Under the pieces are notes generated by a model, which made no database searches, was not told where the DNA came from, and saw only the letters and a program-made list of their open reading frames with translations. Shown one piece after another: positions 12,387-25,940 of a stretch of 64,000 bases of DNA. The stretch is taken from NCBI RefSeq assembly GCF_006345805.1, contig NC_043009.1:18538001-18602000 (forward strand). The letters run 5' to 3'. The stretch comes from Octopus sinensis (taxonomy: Eukaryota). The first letter of the stretch is position 1, and each line of letters opens with the position of its first letter. A program made the position numbers and the translations under genes.

Positions 12387-15381
12387 CTATCTCTCTCTCT
12401 ATCTATCTATCTGTCTATCTGTTTCTTGACTACACTGAATGAATGTATATCTATGTGCATAGAGCCACCTATGCACGCGTGTACATGACATAAACTTGCT
12501 AATTTCTTGAAAATCGTATCAGTTAGACCATAGAAGCACGCCTTGCTGGATTATAGCAGCCTCACTAAACTGATTATCTATTGAATTACATTTGTAACAC
12601 ACATATTTAAAACTGTAATCTACTCAGATAGGTTAGCAATCCAAGACGCCTAGCAAACACATTTTTTTTCAACTTGGGCATCAGCAAGTCTAACTTTATC
12701 TCCTGTCTGCACCTCTGTCCCAACTCTCTCATCTACAGCTACAAATCGTTTGCTATTTTGAAATATTTGTACCAGTTAGTTTCTTCACATACCCGTATCT
12801 CTGCTACAGAGTATTGATTTTTCACATACTCTTAATTTGCAATTAAGTCACCCACCATAATCGACTCGACAAGCTTTACCCAACACTGCAATATCTGCGG
12901 GATGACTATCCAGAGGATGTATAAAGAACATGAGCTTTATCCTATGTCCTGTCATTAACGAAAGAAAAAGAAAGGACACCTAGCCAAATAGTTAGTAATA
13001 ATCAGGTCGTGCAGGGTCCAATTAGAGAATTGTCAGTGGAGCTATCTATTCTACAAAAGTTGAAGATTGGTGTTTTAAGCTTCATGTAGTACACCAGTCT
13101 CAGTCAAAAAGTGTTAAGGGTTTGAGGCTCCACCAGTAACCACAATGATATGCTAAAAATTCATCGTAGCATCCTCCGCACGAGCGTGTGCGCGGAGCCC
13201 TCTCTTGGCGTGGTGCCAATTTGAACAAATCTGTCTTAAATTGGCTTAAAACAGGTACTGGTAATAATTTGACCTGGATCTTTGTGGCTATCGTCACTGT
13301 TTACAATTTTGTTCCAATAGTTTTCAAATTTAGTATATGGATTAAGTTTTCTATACTAATTATGAAAATGAAATTAATTTTTCCTACAAATTCATAATTA
13401 GAAAGTTATTAGCCTTTAAAATTTGCAAGATTTGGGTATTTTAGCCAATCAAAAGTTGGCATATTAAGCAAAGACGCACCACATGTTCCATAGCTGATGG
13501 CGAAGAACTCTGTTTCCATAGTAACCAAAGATGCTGTGCATGCGCACAATGAGTGTAACTACTAAATTGAGTGTAATCGACAAATTGAGAGTACCTAGGA
13601 AATTGAGAGTACCTGGGAAATTGAGAGTATGTGGAAACAAACGCCGGTGTGGGATACACCGTCCCAATTCTTTGTGAATTTATGTGGAGAAGAAGATATG
13701 AGAAAGATAATTTATTTTATAAAATCCTAGAGTGTATTGCAAACTTTCGTTATTCAGTTTTTTAACTAATTAATGTCTGTTTTAAACAATGTTGCTCGTA
13801 GCTTTTAAATATTTGATTTGCTAGTGAATGTTTTAATGTTTTTCACTATTTACTTTGCTCGTGTATATTTTAATGTTTTGACTGTTATTGCTAGCAACTC
13901 CAGTTGGTTTGCTCGTAGCTTTTAAATATTTAATTTGCCCGCATATCTTTTAATGTTTTTCGGTACCCTCCTCCCTTCTCGCTATTGTGACAGTTGATGG
14001 AAGAGGCGGCGAACGCGCTGTTTTCTGATTGGCTGAAAATTCTGAAAATGATCAAACGTTGAACACCTGTAGCATTTTTGCAAAATTTTTCTGGAATAAA
14101 TGAATAATAAATTCGGATTCAGCGTCGAAAATTACATCTATAAGATACATTAATGAATTTTTCTTAAAGATTTCGACACGCAGTGACGATAGCCACAAAG
14201 ATCATTTGGCCTCACTATTTGGGGGCGATCATATTTGAGTCCATTATTAATTTCACAGGATGTTTTGATGATTTTGATGAAATGATTCTTCATAATTTTG
14301 GATTATTACCGGTTTTAATATATTCATTACTAATCACCGTGTAGCGAGTCAACAAAACTATTTTGCTTGACTAGCCATCAATAACTGTGTGACAGTTTGC
14401 CGAAGAAATAAATAAAATAACATTATAGAGGATACACAGCTAAATTAACAATGTGACTGTATCACTTGATCATAAACCTAATTCGAATTAGGAGCCCATT
14501 CATCCAAACGGTAAAATAAATAGATATAGAAATAAAGAAAGACAGAAAGAAAGAAAGAAAGAAAAGAAAAATATGCCAGACTACATTTGTAATGAACATT
14601 TCAGAACCACTTGATTAAATCGGTAAAATACCAGATTAAATTAATCGTAAATGCAAATAAATTTTTAATAATAGAATTCAGTGGACAACTAATTTGAAGT
14701 CCATGTGCGAAGTAATCCCCTGAAGAAAATAGGATAAACGAGCTAAATTAGCAAACTTTTCGACCATAATAGCATCTAACTAAATAGGGTCGCTGTTTTT
14801 TAAACATAGATATCTTGCCGATTCATTGAACCATTCACCACAATCGACTACTCAGCCACCTGGATAAAGATGCCAGTCATCCAAAACTATATCAGCATCC
14901 AGGCACAGCACTGCATATGTTGTGTGTAAAAACAATCATAACATATTTGAGTTAATGTTACTTTAAGTGTTGGGTGAATGAAGAATGAGTGAAAGTGAGA
15001 GGTGTGAGAGTTCATTAGAGAGGTTGGAGTGATTGGATGGAGAGTCAAGAGGGATGGGAAGTATGAAAGAGTGTTGTCATTGAGAATAAAGGGAGGGAGT
15101 GTATGTGTGTGTGTGTGTGGAAATAGGTAAAAGAAAAGAATTGGAAAGAGAGTTATAAAGAAAGATAAAAGATAAAATATTAGCGAGGGAAAAGGAAACG
15201 GGAAGAGATGGCAGTGAAGAGAGTGTTTATAAATGAAGAGGAGGGAGGGAGAGAGAGAGAGCAAGGATAGAAAGATTTTAAACATTTAAAAAGAAAAAAA
15301 GAGAGGGTTAATATAAAGAGTAAAATATACAGGCTGATAGTAATACAGAGATTAACTGCAACAGACAGACCTTTATCTATA

Positions 15382-15493
<112 letters not shown>

Positions 15494-15504
15494 ATATATA
15501 TATA

Positions 15505-15563
<59 letters not shown>

Positions 15564-15576
15564 ATATATACATATT

Positions 15577-15882
15577 GGCAAAAACGGTAAGATAACAAAA
15601 GAAAGAAAGAGACCTCAATATTATGTAAATAGAGGAAATTTATCTTTAAAATAATATGTGACAATTATTCGGTAGTCAAGATAAAACTCTGAGTTTCGGA
15701 TGCCGTGGTGGAAATCCACAACACCATCTCTTCGGTTATCTGGATTTCCACCTCGGCATCTGAAACTCAGAGTTTTATCTTGGCTACCGAATAATTGTCA
15801 CATATTATTTTAAAGATAAATTTCCTCTATTTACATAATATTGAGGTCTCTTTCTTTCTTTTGTTATCTTACCGTTTTTGCC
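15577..15882. repeat. Tail-outward inverted PLE pseudo-LTR pair (family B)
   Basis: Arms 15577-15718 and 15741-15882 with a 22-bp spacer, flanked by (TA)n. The same tail recurs at about 39290-39345. Confidence 0.85.
15679..15741 (-). ncRNA. Hammerhead-like motif, U4C core variant (family B)
   Basis: Minus strand: stem I AGAUAA/UUAUCU; core CCGAAGA; imperfect stem II GAUGGUGUUGUGG/CCACCACGGCAUC; GAAAC-UC-A-GAG-UU. Confidence 0.6.
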
Positions 15883-16044
15883 TATATATATATATCGAGC
15901 TGGTGGAATCGTTAGCAAGCCGGGCAAAATGCTTAGCTACGTTCTGAGTTCAAATTCCGCCGAGGTCGACTTTGCCTTTCATCCTTTAAACGGCGGTGCA
16001 GCCGTGCATCAGCATGGCCGCAGCTCTGAGCTGAAACTAATATA

Positions 16045-16195
<151 letters not shown>

Positions 16196-16689
16196 GAGGA
16201 GGGAGGGAAGGAGCGATGTAACAGGACGTAAAGTATTATTAGGTTTATAAATTTCGCAAGGATTCTAAGAGAAGCCGCTGGTATAAGGGAGATAATTAGG
16301 TTTGTTAACCGTATACAATATACTGACACAGAAAAAGCTAGCTTTCGTGAAGTGAGGCTCTTGCAAATGTTTTCATTTTCAATTTTCTTGAGATCAAATA
16401 AAATAAATTTTGTCGTATTAAAAAAATTTTCTCATTTTCAATTTTGATGCAGAGGAAAAGGATTAATAACATATCTAACCCACGATTTGAAAGAACTGCA
16501 CATGTAAATTTGTTTTGATTAAAGATTAAAAAAAAATCTCCTTATAATTCAATCTTGACTCGTCAAATTCCTTTCTGCTTCTTCTAGGTTCTTTTTCTTT
16601 TCTTCTCTTTTTTTTGTGTTTTTGTTAAATAAGAATCTATTCTATAAGAACTCAACATTTCTTCGGGAAACTCAGGTATTGTAATGAAA

Positions 16690-17290
16690 AAGGCGGCGAG
16701 CTGGCAGAAACGTTAGCACGCCGGGTGAAATGCGTAGCCGTATTTCGTCTGCCGCTACGTTCTGAGTTCAAATTCCGCCGAGGTCGACTTTGCCTTTCAT
16801 CCTTTTGGGGTCGATTAAATAAGTACCAGTTACGCACTGGGGTCGATGTAATCGACTTAATACCTATGTCTGTCCTTGTTTGTCCGCTCTGTATTTAGCC
16901 CCTTGTGGGTAATAAAGAAATAGGTATTTCGTCTGCCGCTACGTTCTGAGTTCAAATTCCGCCGAGGTCGACTTTGCCTTTCATCCTTTCGGGGTCGATT
17001 AAATAAGTACCAGTTACGCACTGGGGTCGATGTAATCGACTTAATACCTATGTCTGTCCTTGTTTGTCCGCTCTGTATTTAGCCCCTTGTGGGTAATAAA
17101 GAAATAGGTATTTCGTCTGCCGCTACGTTCTGAGTTCAAATTCCGCCGAGGTCGACTTTGCCTTTCATCCTTTCGGGGTCGATTAAATAAGTACCAGTTA
17201 CGCACTGGGGTCGATATAATCGACTTAATCCGATTGTCTGTCCTTGTTTGTCCCCTCTGTGTGTAGCCCCCTGTGGGTAGTAAAGAAATA
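16690..17290 (+). mobile_element. tRNA-derived SINE with three 184-bp tandem body units, 16-bp TSD
   Basis: Head GGCGGCGAGCTGGCAGAAACGTTAGC; B box GAGTTCAAATTCC; units start at 16741, 16925 and 17109; AGGTATTGTAATGAAA at 16674-16689 and 17290-17305. Confidence 0.85.
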
Positions 17291-19506
17291 GGTATTGTAA
17301 TGAAATTAGCGAGAGCCTATGATAATTATAGATGTTTTGGCAGCCAAATTTGTCTGTAGTTTTTAACGTGAGTAGTTTGACTGTTCTGACCCACCTCGGA
17401 CGAAACCCCCTAGATAAAAAGAAACCAAGGACAAAAATCCTTAATGACAAAACCCCCCTACGACGAAAGAAAAATAAATAAATAAACAAACAAAAATAAA
17501 CCAAACAATTTCTAAATCTTATCTTTGTAGTTTCTGAATACTACTTCTCCGAGATGTAAAATGTTTCGTTAATTATATAACCGCAATCACAAAAATGAGC
17601 AAAATAAAAGAACAACATATCGCATCTTTGAAAATCTCATCGTGTTGAAATTCATTTAAAGTTGATTTTATTAAAACTTGATGCTTAAATGCTATTCAGA
17701 AATTCTTCCATAGTCTTCCGCGCATTCACATAGTCCAGAGGGAGGTTCTGTCCTCGTGGGTGTTTTCATCAGGACCCCGAAAATGAGAACTGTTGATAAC
17801 CATAGGCCAAACCTAATATACCCGTCCAATTCTTTTCATGTGCGGCTGCTTCCTTTGCTGCTTTCTTTAAATAATTTCTAATATTCCACCGATAATTATT
17901 GATACGTAGTTTTGCGTATTTATCTTTAGTTTTTGTTTCAGTCATTAGACTGCGGCCATGCTGGGGCACCGCCTTGAAGAACATTTAGCTGAATGAATCG
18001 ACCTCAATACGTTTTTCTTTAAAGCTAGGTATTATTATATCGATCATTTTTTGCTGGACCACTAGGTTATGGGGACGTAAACAAACGAACACCGGTTGTC
18101 AAGAGACCAAACACACACACACACATATATATGTATTCTATGGCCGAGCTGGCCGAATCGTTAGCGCGCTGGACGAAATGCTTAGCGGTATTTCGCCCGT
18201 CGCTACATTCTGAGTTCAAATTCCGCCGAGGTTGACTTTACCTTTCATCCTTTCGGGGTCGATTAAATAAGTACCAGTTACGCACTGGGGTCGATGTAAT
18301 CGACTTAATACCTATGTCTGTCCTTGTTTGTCCGCTCTGTATTTAGCCCCTTGTGGGTAATAAAGAAATAGGTATTTCGTCTGCCGCTACGTTCTGAGTT
18401 CAAATTCCGCCGAGGTCGACTTTGCCTTTCATCCTTTCGGGGTCGATTAAATAAGTACCAGTTACGCACTGGGGTCGATATAATCGACTTAATCCGATTG
18501 TCTGTCCTTGTTTGTCCCCTCTGTGTGTAGCCCCCTGTGGGTAGTAAAGAAATAGGTATTGTAATGAAATTAGCGAGAGCCTATGATAATTATAGATGTT
18601 TTGGCAGCCAAATTTGTCTGTAGTTTTTAACGTGAGTAGTTTGACTGTTCTGACCCACCTCGGACGAAACCCCCTAGATAAAAAGAAACCAAGGACAAAA
18701 ATCCTTAATGACAAAACCCCCCTACGACGAAAGAAAAATAAATAAATAAACAAACAAAATAAACCAAACAATTCTAAATCTTATCTTTGTAGTTTCTGAA
18801 TACTACTTCTCCGAGATGTAAAATGTTTCGTTAATTATATAACCGCAATCACAAAAATGAGCAAAATAAAAGAACAACATATCGCATCTTTGAAAATCTC
18901 ATCGTGTTGAAATTCATTTAAAGTTGATTTTATTAAAACTTGATGCTTAAATGCTATTCAGAAATTCTTCCATAGTCTTCCGCGCATTCACATAGTCCAG
19001 AGGGAGGTTCTGTCCTCGTGGGTGTTTTCATCAGGACCCCGAAAATGAGAACTGTTGATAACCATAGGCCAAACCTAATATACCCGTCCAATTCTTTTCA
19101 TGTGCGGCTGCTTCCTTTGCTGCTTTCTTTAAATAATTTCTAATATTCCACCGATAATTATTGATACGTAGTTTTGCGTATTTATCTTTAGTTTTTGTTT
19201 CAGTCATTAGACTGCGGCCATGCTGGGGCACCGCCTTGAAGAACATTTAGCTGAATGAATCGACCTCAATACGTTTTTCTTTAAAGCTAGGTATTATTAT
19301 ATCGATCATTTTTTGCTGGACCACTAGGTTATGGGGACGTAAACAAACGAACACCGGTTGTCAAGAGACCAAACACACACACACACATATATATGTATTC
19401 TATGGCCGAGCTGGCCGAATCGTTAGCGCGCTGGACGAAATGCTTAGCGGTATTTCGCCCGTCGCTACATTCTGAGTTCAAATTCCGCCGAGGTTGACTT
19501 TACCTA
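16981..19506. repeat. Near-identical tandem duplication, unit about 1263 bp
   Basis: 16981-18244 is repeated at 18245-19506 (ORF pairs offset by 1264 and 1262); the breakpoints fall inside SINE bodies. Confidence 0.9.
17375..17915 (-). mobile_element. Possible MULE 3' remnant (duplicated at about 18640-19177)
   Basis: TIR-like GGACGAAACCCCC...GGACAAAAATCC...GACAAAACCCCCC; weak RINNY..W....AH..W..I similarity to a MULE transposase C-terminus. Confidence 0.4.
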
Positions 19507-19863
19507 TCATCCCTTCGGAGTCGATAAAATAAGTACCAGTTACGCACTGGGGGCGATGTAAGCGACTCATCCCCGCCCAAGAAAATGGCTGCCATTGTGG
19601 AAAAATTTGAAACCATTACTATTACTATTATTTTTACCATTGAAGGCCGCAGGCTGGCAGAATCTTTACTGCACAGGGCAAACTGCTTAGCGGTATTTCA
19701 CCTGTCCTTATGTTCTGAGTTCAAATTCTGCCATGGCCGACTTTGCCTGTCATCCATTCGGGATTGATAAATTAAGTATCAGCTGAGTACTAGGGGTCGA
19801 TATAATCGACTTATCCCCCACCCACCCAAAAAAAATCCAGGCCTTGTGCCTATAGTAGAAAGG

Positions 19864-19905
<42 letters not shown>

Positions 19906-20829
19906 GAGTGAGAGATCAGTGCGTGCCATCAAAGTGACACTGGGGTAAAATATACGAAGCCCAGTATACCCATCATGACTACCCGTCTGATAAGGGTACA
20001 CCAAGCACATGCATCACAACCATATGTGCGCAACATGGTGATCTCATATCAAGTAAAACAGCTCATGACCTTGCCGGTGGGGCCCAGTTAGTATTTTCTT
20101 CTGGTCGAGTAACCCATCCCGCTCAAAAAGTCCCTGAATAAAGATTGTTTAAGGATGTTGAACGAACCACCCCTGTTTCCAAAAGTGAATTATCCAAACC
20201 TCCAAGAATTCCTTTCAACACACGGCTATGATGCTTCCCCACTACTTCTGCTCGTGATCAGAGATGCACATATCGTGAGTCACTAAGGGACATGGTCAAC
20301 TGGTTAAGGTCAAACAACTGACAAGCAAATCTGTGGTATTGAGCAGAATATTTGCTGTAGCCCATCTTTTATACCAAGACAAAACAATGTAAATGATAAC
20401 ACTTCCAATCAGCTATTATTATTATTTAAGGCGGCGAGCTAGCAGAATCGTTAGCACGCAGGACAAAATGCTTAGCGGCATTTCGCTCGACCTTACGTAC
20501 TGAGTTCAAATTCCGCCGAGGTCGACTTCATCCTTTCGGGTCGATTAAATAAGTACCAGTTACGCTCTGAGATCGATGCAATCGATGCCTTGTGCTTACA
20601 GTAGAAAGAATTATTATTATTACTACTACGGAAGTGAGCTGGGTGAGTTCAAATTCCGTAGTGGTCGACTTTGCGAAAGTGAAAATTAGAAATACAAGTG
20701 TTAAAATGCAGTTGGACACTGATAGTAATATCGAAAAAAAGGAGAAAAAAAACATGAAAATATGTCGGTAAACCGAAATTAATTAAATCGAAAAAGGTAG
20801 CACATGCTGTTACGAGTAAAAGATTATAT

Positions 20830-22370
20830 TTTTTCAGTGAATTCGTAAGTAATGTAAAATTTCGAGGTCAGGAAGGCAAAGATATACGTGTTAAAAAGTT
20901 CGCTTAATTTATTCGGCACAAAGTGGATGGAACTATTCAAAGTATGGAATGCGCCTATAAGTATGTTGAGTGGAAATATAATCGGTTCAATGGAAGGTTC
21001 GAATGCAGCTGAGGGACTGAAACAAAAAACTGAGTGGAACAGCTGTATGTAAGCCAAAACGAAATTAAAAGTTGCATATGATAAAAAGTAAACATCGTTC
21101 AAAAGTAGATGTTCCCTGGTCCAGACTACACATCGAGTTCGCTGGTCCTTTAAATGGTTCTTACTATTTAGAGGTAGTTTTCTCGAAATTGTAAGAAATT
21201 TGTAAATGTAAAAACCGACCTCCTCAACTGTGATAACTTTTCTACAGGAACTGTTTGAGATATTTGGCATCCCAGACATGATGGTGTCTGGCAATGGAAT
21301 GCAATTGGTGTTTGCTGAATTTAAAAAGTTTTGTAAAACGTTCGCGGTAGAACATGTAACTACTGCGCCATACCACCCAGATCTAATAGACAGGCAGAAC
21401 GCTTCGTCGATACCTTCAAAAGAGCCCTTAGAAAATCGAATAAGAAAACCACGAATGAGGTAGCTCTACAACAATTTTTAAGAGTGTACCGCGTGACACC
21501 AAATCCGAATACACCAGCAGGTATCTCACCAGCGGAGCTGATGTTTGCAAGGAAAGTCTTTGATAAATTGCTACCTGGCAAGAAAAGAAAAGTGCCAGGG
21601 AAGATATAGCAAGATTCTTTAAAGTTGGTGAAAAGGTGTATATGATGGCATACAAGAATGGAAAGCAGAGTTGGGAAGATGGTGTAATTACCGAAGGCAT
21701 AGGTAAAATGATGTATTGAGTAAAAAGTAGAAAAGGCATAGAAAAGAGAGACAGAAAAAAGAGATTCGTGGAAAGCGAACTAAAGAAGTTGGAGGAACCG
21801 ATGAAATGGTTGTACGATACGTTCCAAGTACCAACGCTACTGCAAGTGATTGAACCCAAACGTACAAGTGAGAGGAAAAGAAAACATACAGAGTTCCTGA
21901 AAATAGATGCCAAACGCAAAAAAATATTAAACTGTACGAAAAAAAACTAAAAAAAGGAAGGTGGGCTGAATAAAAAATATTATTGCTAAATAAAATGACA
22001 CTTCCTAAGAAAAACTTAAAAGGGGAGATGTTGTAGGGAATTAGTAATAATGGTACACCCCACCCACGAGATGAATGGAATAGCCTAGTCACTATGAATA
22101 AAGCGAAGTACGGGAAGTACCTGAGTATGTGGTAAATGGTAAGAGATAGTCGTGTCTTTACTGGTTTACTAAGTATATTGTATACCGAAATGGCCGTTAA
22201 ATCAAACCAACATTTTAAGGATTATAACAATTATACATTTATAGATATATATGTATGTGTGTATTTCTGTGCGTGCGCGCGTGGTGTGTGTGTTATACGT
22301 GCACGCCTGAGGATTGGAGCATGAGATCCTGAGATAGAATAGAGGCTGTATATTTATTATGCATATTACA
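20830..22370 (+). mobile_element. Degenerate Gypsy LTR retrotransposon 3' part (integrase, PPT, probable 3' LTR)
   Basis: PWSRLHIEFAGPLNGSYYL...ITFLQELFEIFGIPDMMVSGNG...EHVTTAPYHP is an integrase core. PPT AAAAGGGGAGA ends at 22028 and is followed by TGTTGT at 22029. The LTR end is uncertain. Confidence 0.8.
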
Positions 22371-22697
22371 AATATTAATATTATCTTTTACGCTTATCCT
22401 GACTGAATATGTAACAAGGTCAGGGTTCACACTTGAAATTTACCGGTTTAAACTATATATAATGCACTTTATAAAATTATACTTTAATACAGAAAGCTGC
22501 TTGTTAACTAGTTTGGAGCATGTAACTTTTACTAAAAGAAAGCCATTGTTAAAGTCTACACTGTTTAGAAAATTCTTATAAATTCCAATTTTAATCTATT
22601 GTCAAAATGTGGTTTTCAAGGTTCTTTTATTAATGAGGGTTTCAACTACAGGTTTAATCATAAACCTAATTTTATCCACAATGACATAGGTTGTTTT

Positions 22698-24820
22698 TTT
22701 AACCCTATGACAACGTTTTGTTTTATCAAACAACTAGGTTGCATTGACGCTAATCATCTCGGCTGAGATCAGAAATTAGCGCACGACAATGATTTAGCGT
22801 ATATTTACATCAACCGCTTTAACCAGTTTACGGTGGTGATTCATTCGGTTGCCTGTGCGCGGCACCGGTAATCGCGTCGATTGAGATCAGCACTCAGTGT
22901 GAGATAACGTTCGGCGTATATTTACGTCAACCGCTTTAGTGCAAGTACTGTTTATTTACCTAAACTATATCCCTGTGCAAGACGCTCATGCAGTATTATT
23001 CCTGAATAAGTTCACTCGACAGCACAAGTCAGATCAACTTCATGTAGCTACAATCACATGAATTCAAAAATTCACTTTAGTATGGTAAAGTTCAAAACAA
23101 GGTATCATACACAGTGGCATACCATATTGTGAACAATGGTATCCAGTTTCCTTACGTTTCCCTTTTGCTTTACATACTGTACATCTCTTTGAAGCATTTG
23201 CCTTCTTGGCGGTGGGGGTGGGGGAAAACAGTCCCCCACACCGCCAAGCATCTGCCAAATCAAATGTGAGTTCACGACACACATGTCAACTATATACAAG
23301 AAATTTTTTTGTACCATTTCACAAATTTTCTCACCGATTTGTGTGTCGTCGCCAACTGATCTAAGCTATCGACCCCGCCCATCCCTTCATTGTATGAAAG
23401 AACTACGCTAGGTTTCATTACGGCATTACCGTCCGCATTTTGTTTCCTAGTGCCCTCCACGCTTGCAGAATACATTGTGGATAACATGCAGACGTTTTCT
23501 TATCACGTCACACTAGAGCGAGAATGTCACTATCGGTGCATCGGTACGCTCTTTGCCCCTTTCGAAGTTTTATCTTGTGAAGATCGGGCGGCATGTTTTT
23601 CCTGTGCGTCCTCGCAGTCCCACAGGCATTAGTCCTCATCGCTTGCAGTTGCAGGAAGAGGTCTGAACTGGAAACCAGTTGTCCATATAAATATTGTAGC
23701 TTTTGTCAAACAAGTTTTCATTCAGCGACAACACGACATCAGTTGATGCTAAAGTAGACGCTGGAAGATCCAACCTGAACTAACCAGTGTAGATTTTGTA
23801 ATTCCATGTGCACCCAAAAGCTCTGCCAGTTGACTGGCATACCTTATAAACCTGGACTCCAAAGCGGGCACGTTTGGTTGGGTTGTATTGTTTTAATCGG
23901 AGCCTTCCCTTCAATTTCCACAAACTCTCGTCCGTACAAATGTCTTGTGTGGGGACATATGCCGTTCTGAAATTTTCAGCCACTTTGTCAACGATAGGAC
24001 GTATTTTGTGCAGCTTGTCATCCTGGTTATCGCCTGAGCTGATTTCGAAGAAGCGCCAAAAATCGATCACGTGGCATCGTTTCCGAAATGAAAGGCGTCG
24101 ATGTGGCTAGATCCTAATTCAGATAAGATGCCAGGGTCGGATATTTCATGATGCCCATCAGTATCAACAGGGCAAGCAGAACTTTGATTTTGTCCCCTGT
24201 CGTTGGAAACCGATCACCACCATGCCCAGGTCTGACATGCTGGGGATGGTTTTCAGTATAGTCGTTCGTGTTGTCTGCTATATATTGGAACAGTTCATCC
24301 GTCAAAAACTCGTGGAAGATTTCCAATGGCGAACTTCCATGTTCAAGGTTTGCCTTTATGCCAGGCCAACCAGTAAACCCATGCCGTCGGACGAAATTGT
24401 CTCTCACTCGCCACACGACATTTTGTTATCCAGGGCCATTCATTGCTACCTGCCCATACCTTTGATTCACCGGAATATCATCATCGCTACCGAAATCATC
24501 CGATTCTGAAATAGGAAAATACTCACTCTCCGAGTCATTGTCCGGAGAAAACAACAGGTGAGGTGATGGAGCTTGGCGCGACGTCCGTAAATTCGATGAA
24601 ACAGCACGCGACGATGAAGCTGACAGGGCCGGAGTGACAAGACCAACCTATCGGGTTGTAAATATTTACATGAAACATCTAATCGGTCTACCACTTGGCA
24701 GGTGGATCGGTACTAACCCAGGCGACAGGTTCTAAGTCAGGCGACGTATAATTACGTCGACCGATTTAAAGCATGTACATTGCGTGCGTAAATTTACGTC
24801 AACCGTTTTAAAAGGCTTCA
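22698..24820 (-). mobile_element. piggyBac (PGBD4-like) transposon with a disrupted transposase
   Basis: ORF pieces SPLEIFHEFLTDEL, TDESLWKLKGRLRLKQYNPTKRARFG, YNEGMGGVD and a C-terminal CTVC...C...LC..PCFELYH domain. TTAACCCT at 22698; repeated subterminal GCGTATATTTACGTCAACCG motifs at about 22797, 22915 and 24787. Confidence 0.85.
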
Positions 24821-25430
24821 CGTCTTAGTTTTCTATCCATTCTCTTCTACTGTTTTCTTGCAACGCTGATTCTCACACCTATTCTTCTTTATTTACCGCC
24901 TTTATTTCCAGTAGTCTTTCTATTTTTATATCCTTATAACTTTTTCTCTCTCGCTTACCCTCACCCCTTTTCTTCAACGTCATTCTCCTTTTGGCCTTGA
25001 ATTCTCCTCTCTTTCAGAAAATTAGTTAGTATTCCTTCCCGTTATTTCAAGAAAAGTATTAGATAAAATACTTTTCTTCTTTCCCTTGCACACTCGGTGA
25101 CTTTTGCTTTCTTAGCTTGCAACATTGTCTCTGTCTTTGTTTATCTGTCTCTCTCTCTCTCTCCCACTCCACCGTCTTCATTCAATTGTTTTCTTTAAAA
25201 ATATATGATTACAATGTTTATATTTGAGACACTTTGAGGAAATTTATGGAAACTTTTACACTATATTTATCATATCAAAATTGCTTGAAATGTTTGATTT
25301 CAAACTTTATATATATTGGTAGAATATGTACATCAAAGAAGTTTCGTACAAGCAAACATAACATACACCAGCCGAAAGATTGGTGCTTCTGCTCATACAT
25401 ATAATGTATGATATATGTGATGAATAGTGA

Positions 25431-25461
<31 letters not shown>

Positions 25462-25577
25462 TCTGTGTGTGTTTGTGTGTGTATGTGTACATATGTGTGT
25501 GTGTATGTAAGTATTTATTTATGTATGTGTATGTCTGTATATATATATATATGTATATTGTATTATTACACGCACAC

Positions 25578-25878
25578 TGTTCTATATTTAAGAGATGAAG
25601 AATTATGTACATTATTTACATTTATTTACATTTGACGGATATTTGTCCTCAGTTTGTTTGTTGTTAACACAACGTTTCGGCTGATATACCCTCTAGCCTT
25701 CACCAGGTGTCCGCGCTCTTAAACTCTACGCCATATGCCCACGGGCATATGGCGTAGTGGTTTAGAGCGCGGGCTACTAACCCCAAAATTCCGAGTTCGA
25801 TTCCAGGCAGTGACTTGAATAATAATAATAATAATAATAATAATATAATAATAATAATAATAATAATAATAGTAGTAT

Positions 25879-25940
<62 letters not shown>

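Noticed and set aside
12900-13260. Possible hAT dimerisation domain and terminal sequence
   Set aside because: Similarity by eye is too weak and degenerate to support a call.
17760-17780. CUGAUGA followed by AAAC on the minus strand
   Set aside because: No stem II between the core halves and no stem I; not a hammerhead.
25743-25815. tRNA gene call (also the head at 53498-53570)
   Set aside because: A and B boxes are present, but there is no complete acceptor stem or cloverleaf and the sequence continues into SINE body; these are SINE heads.
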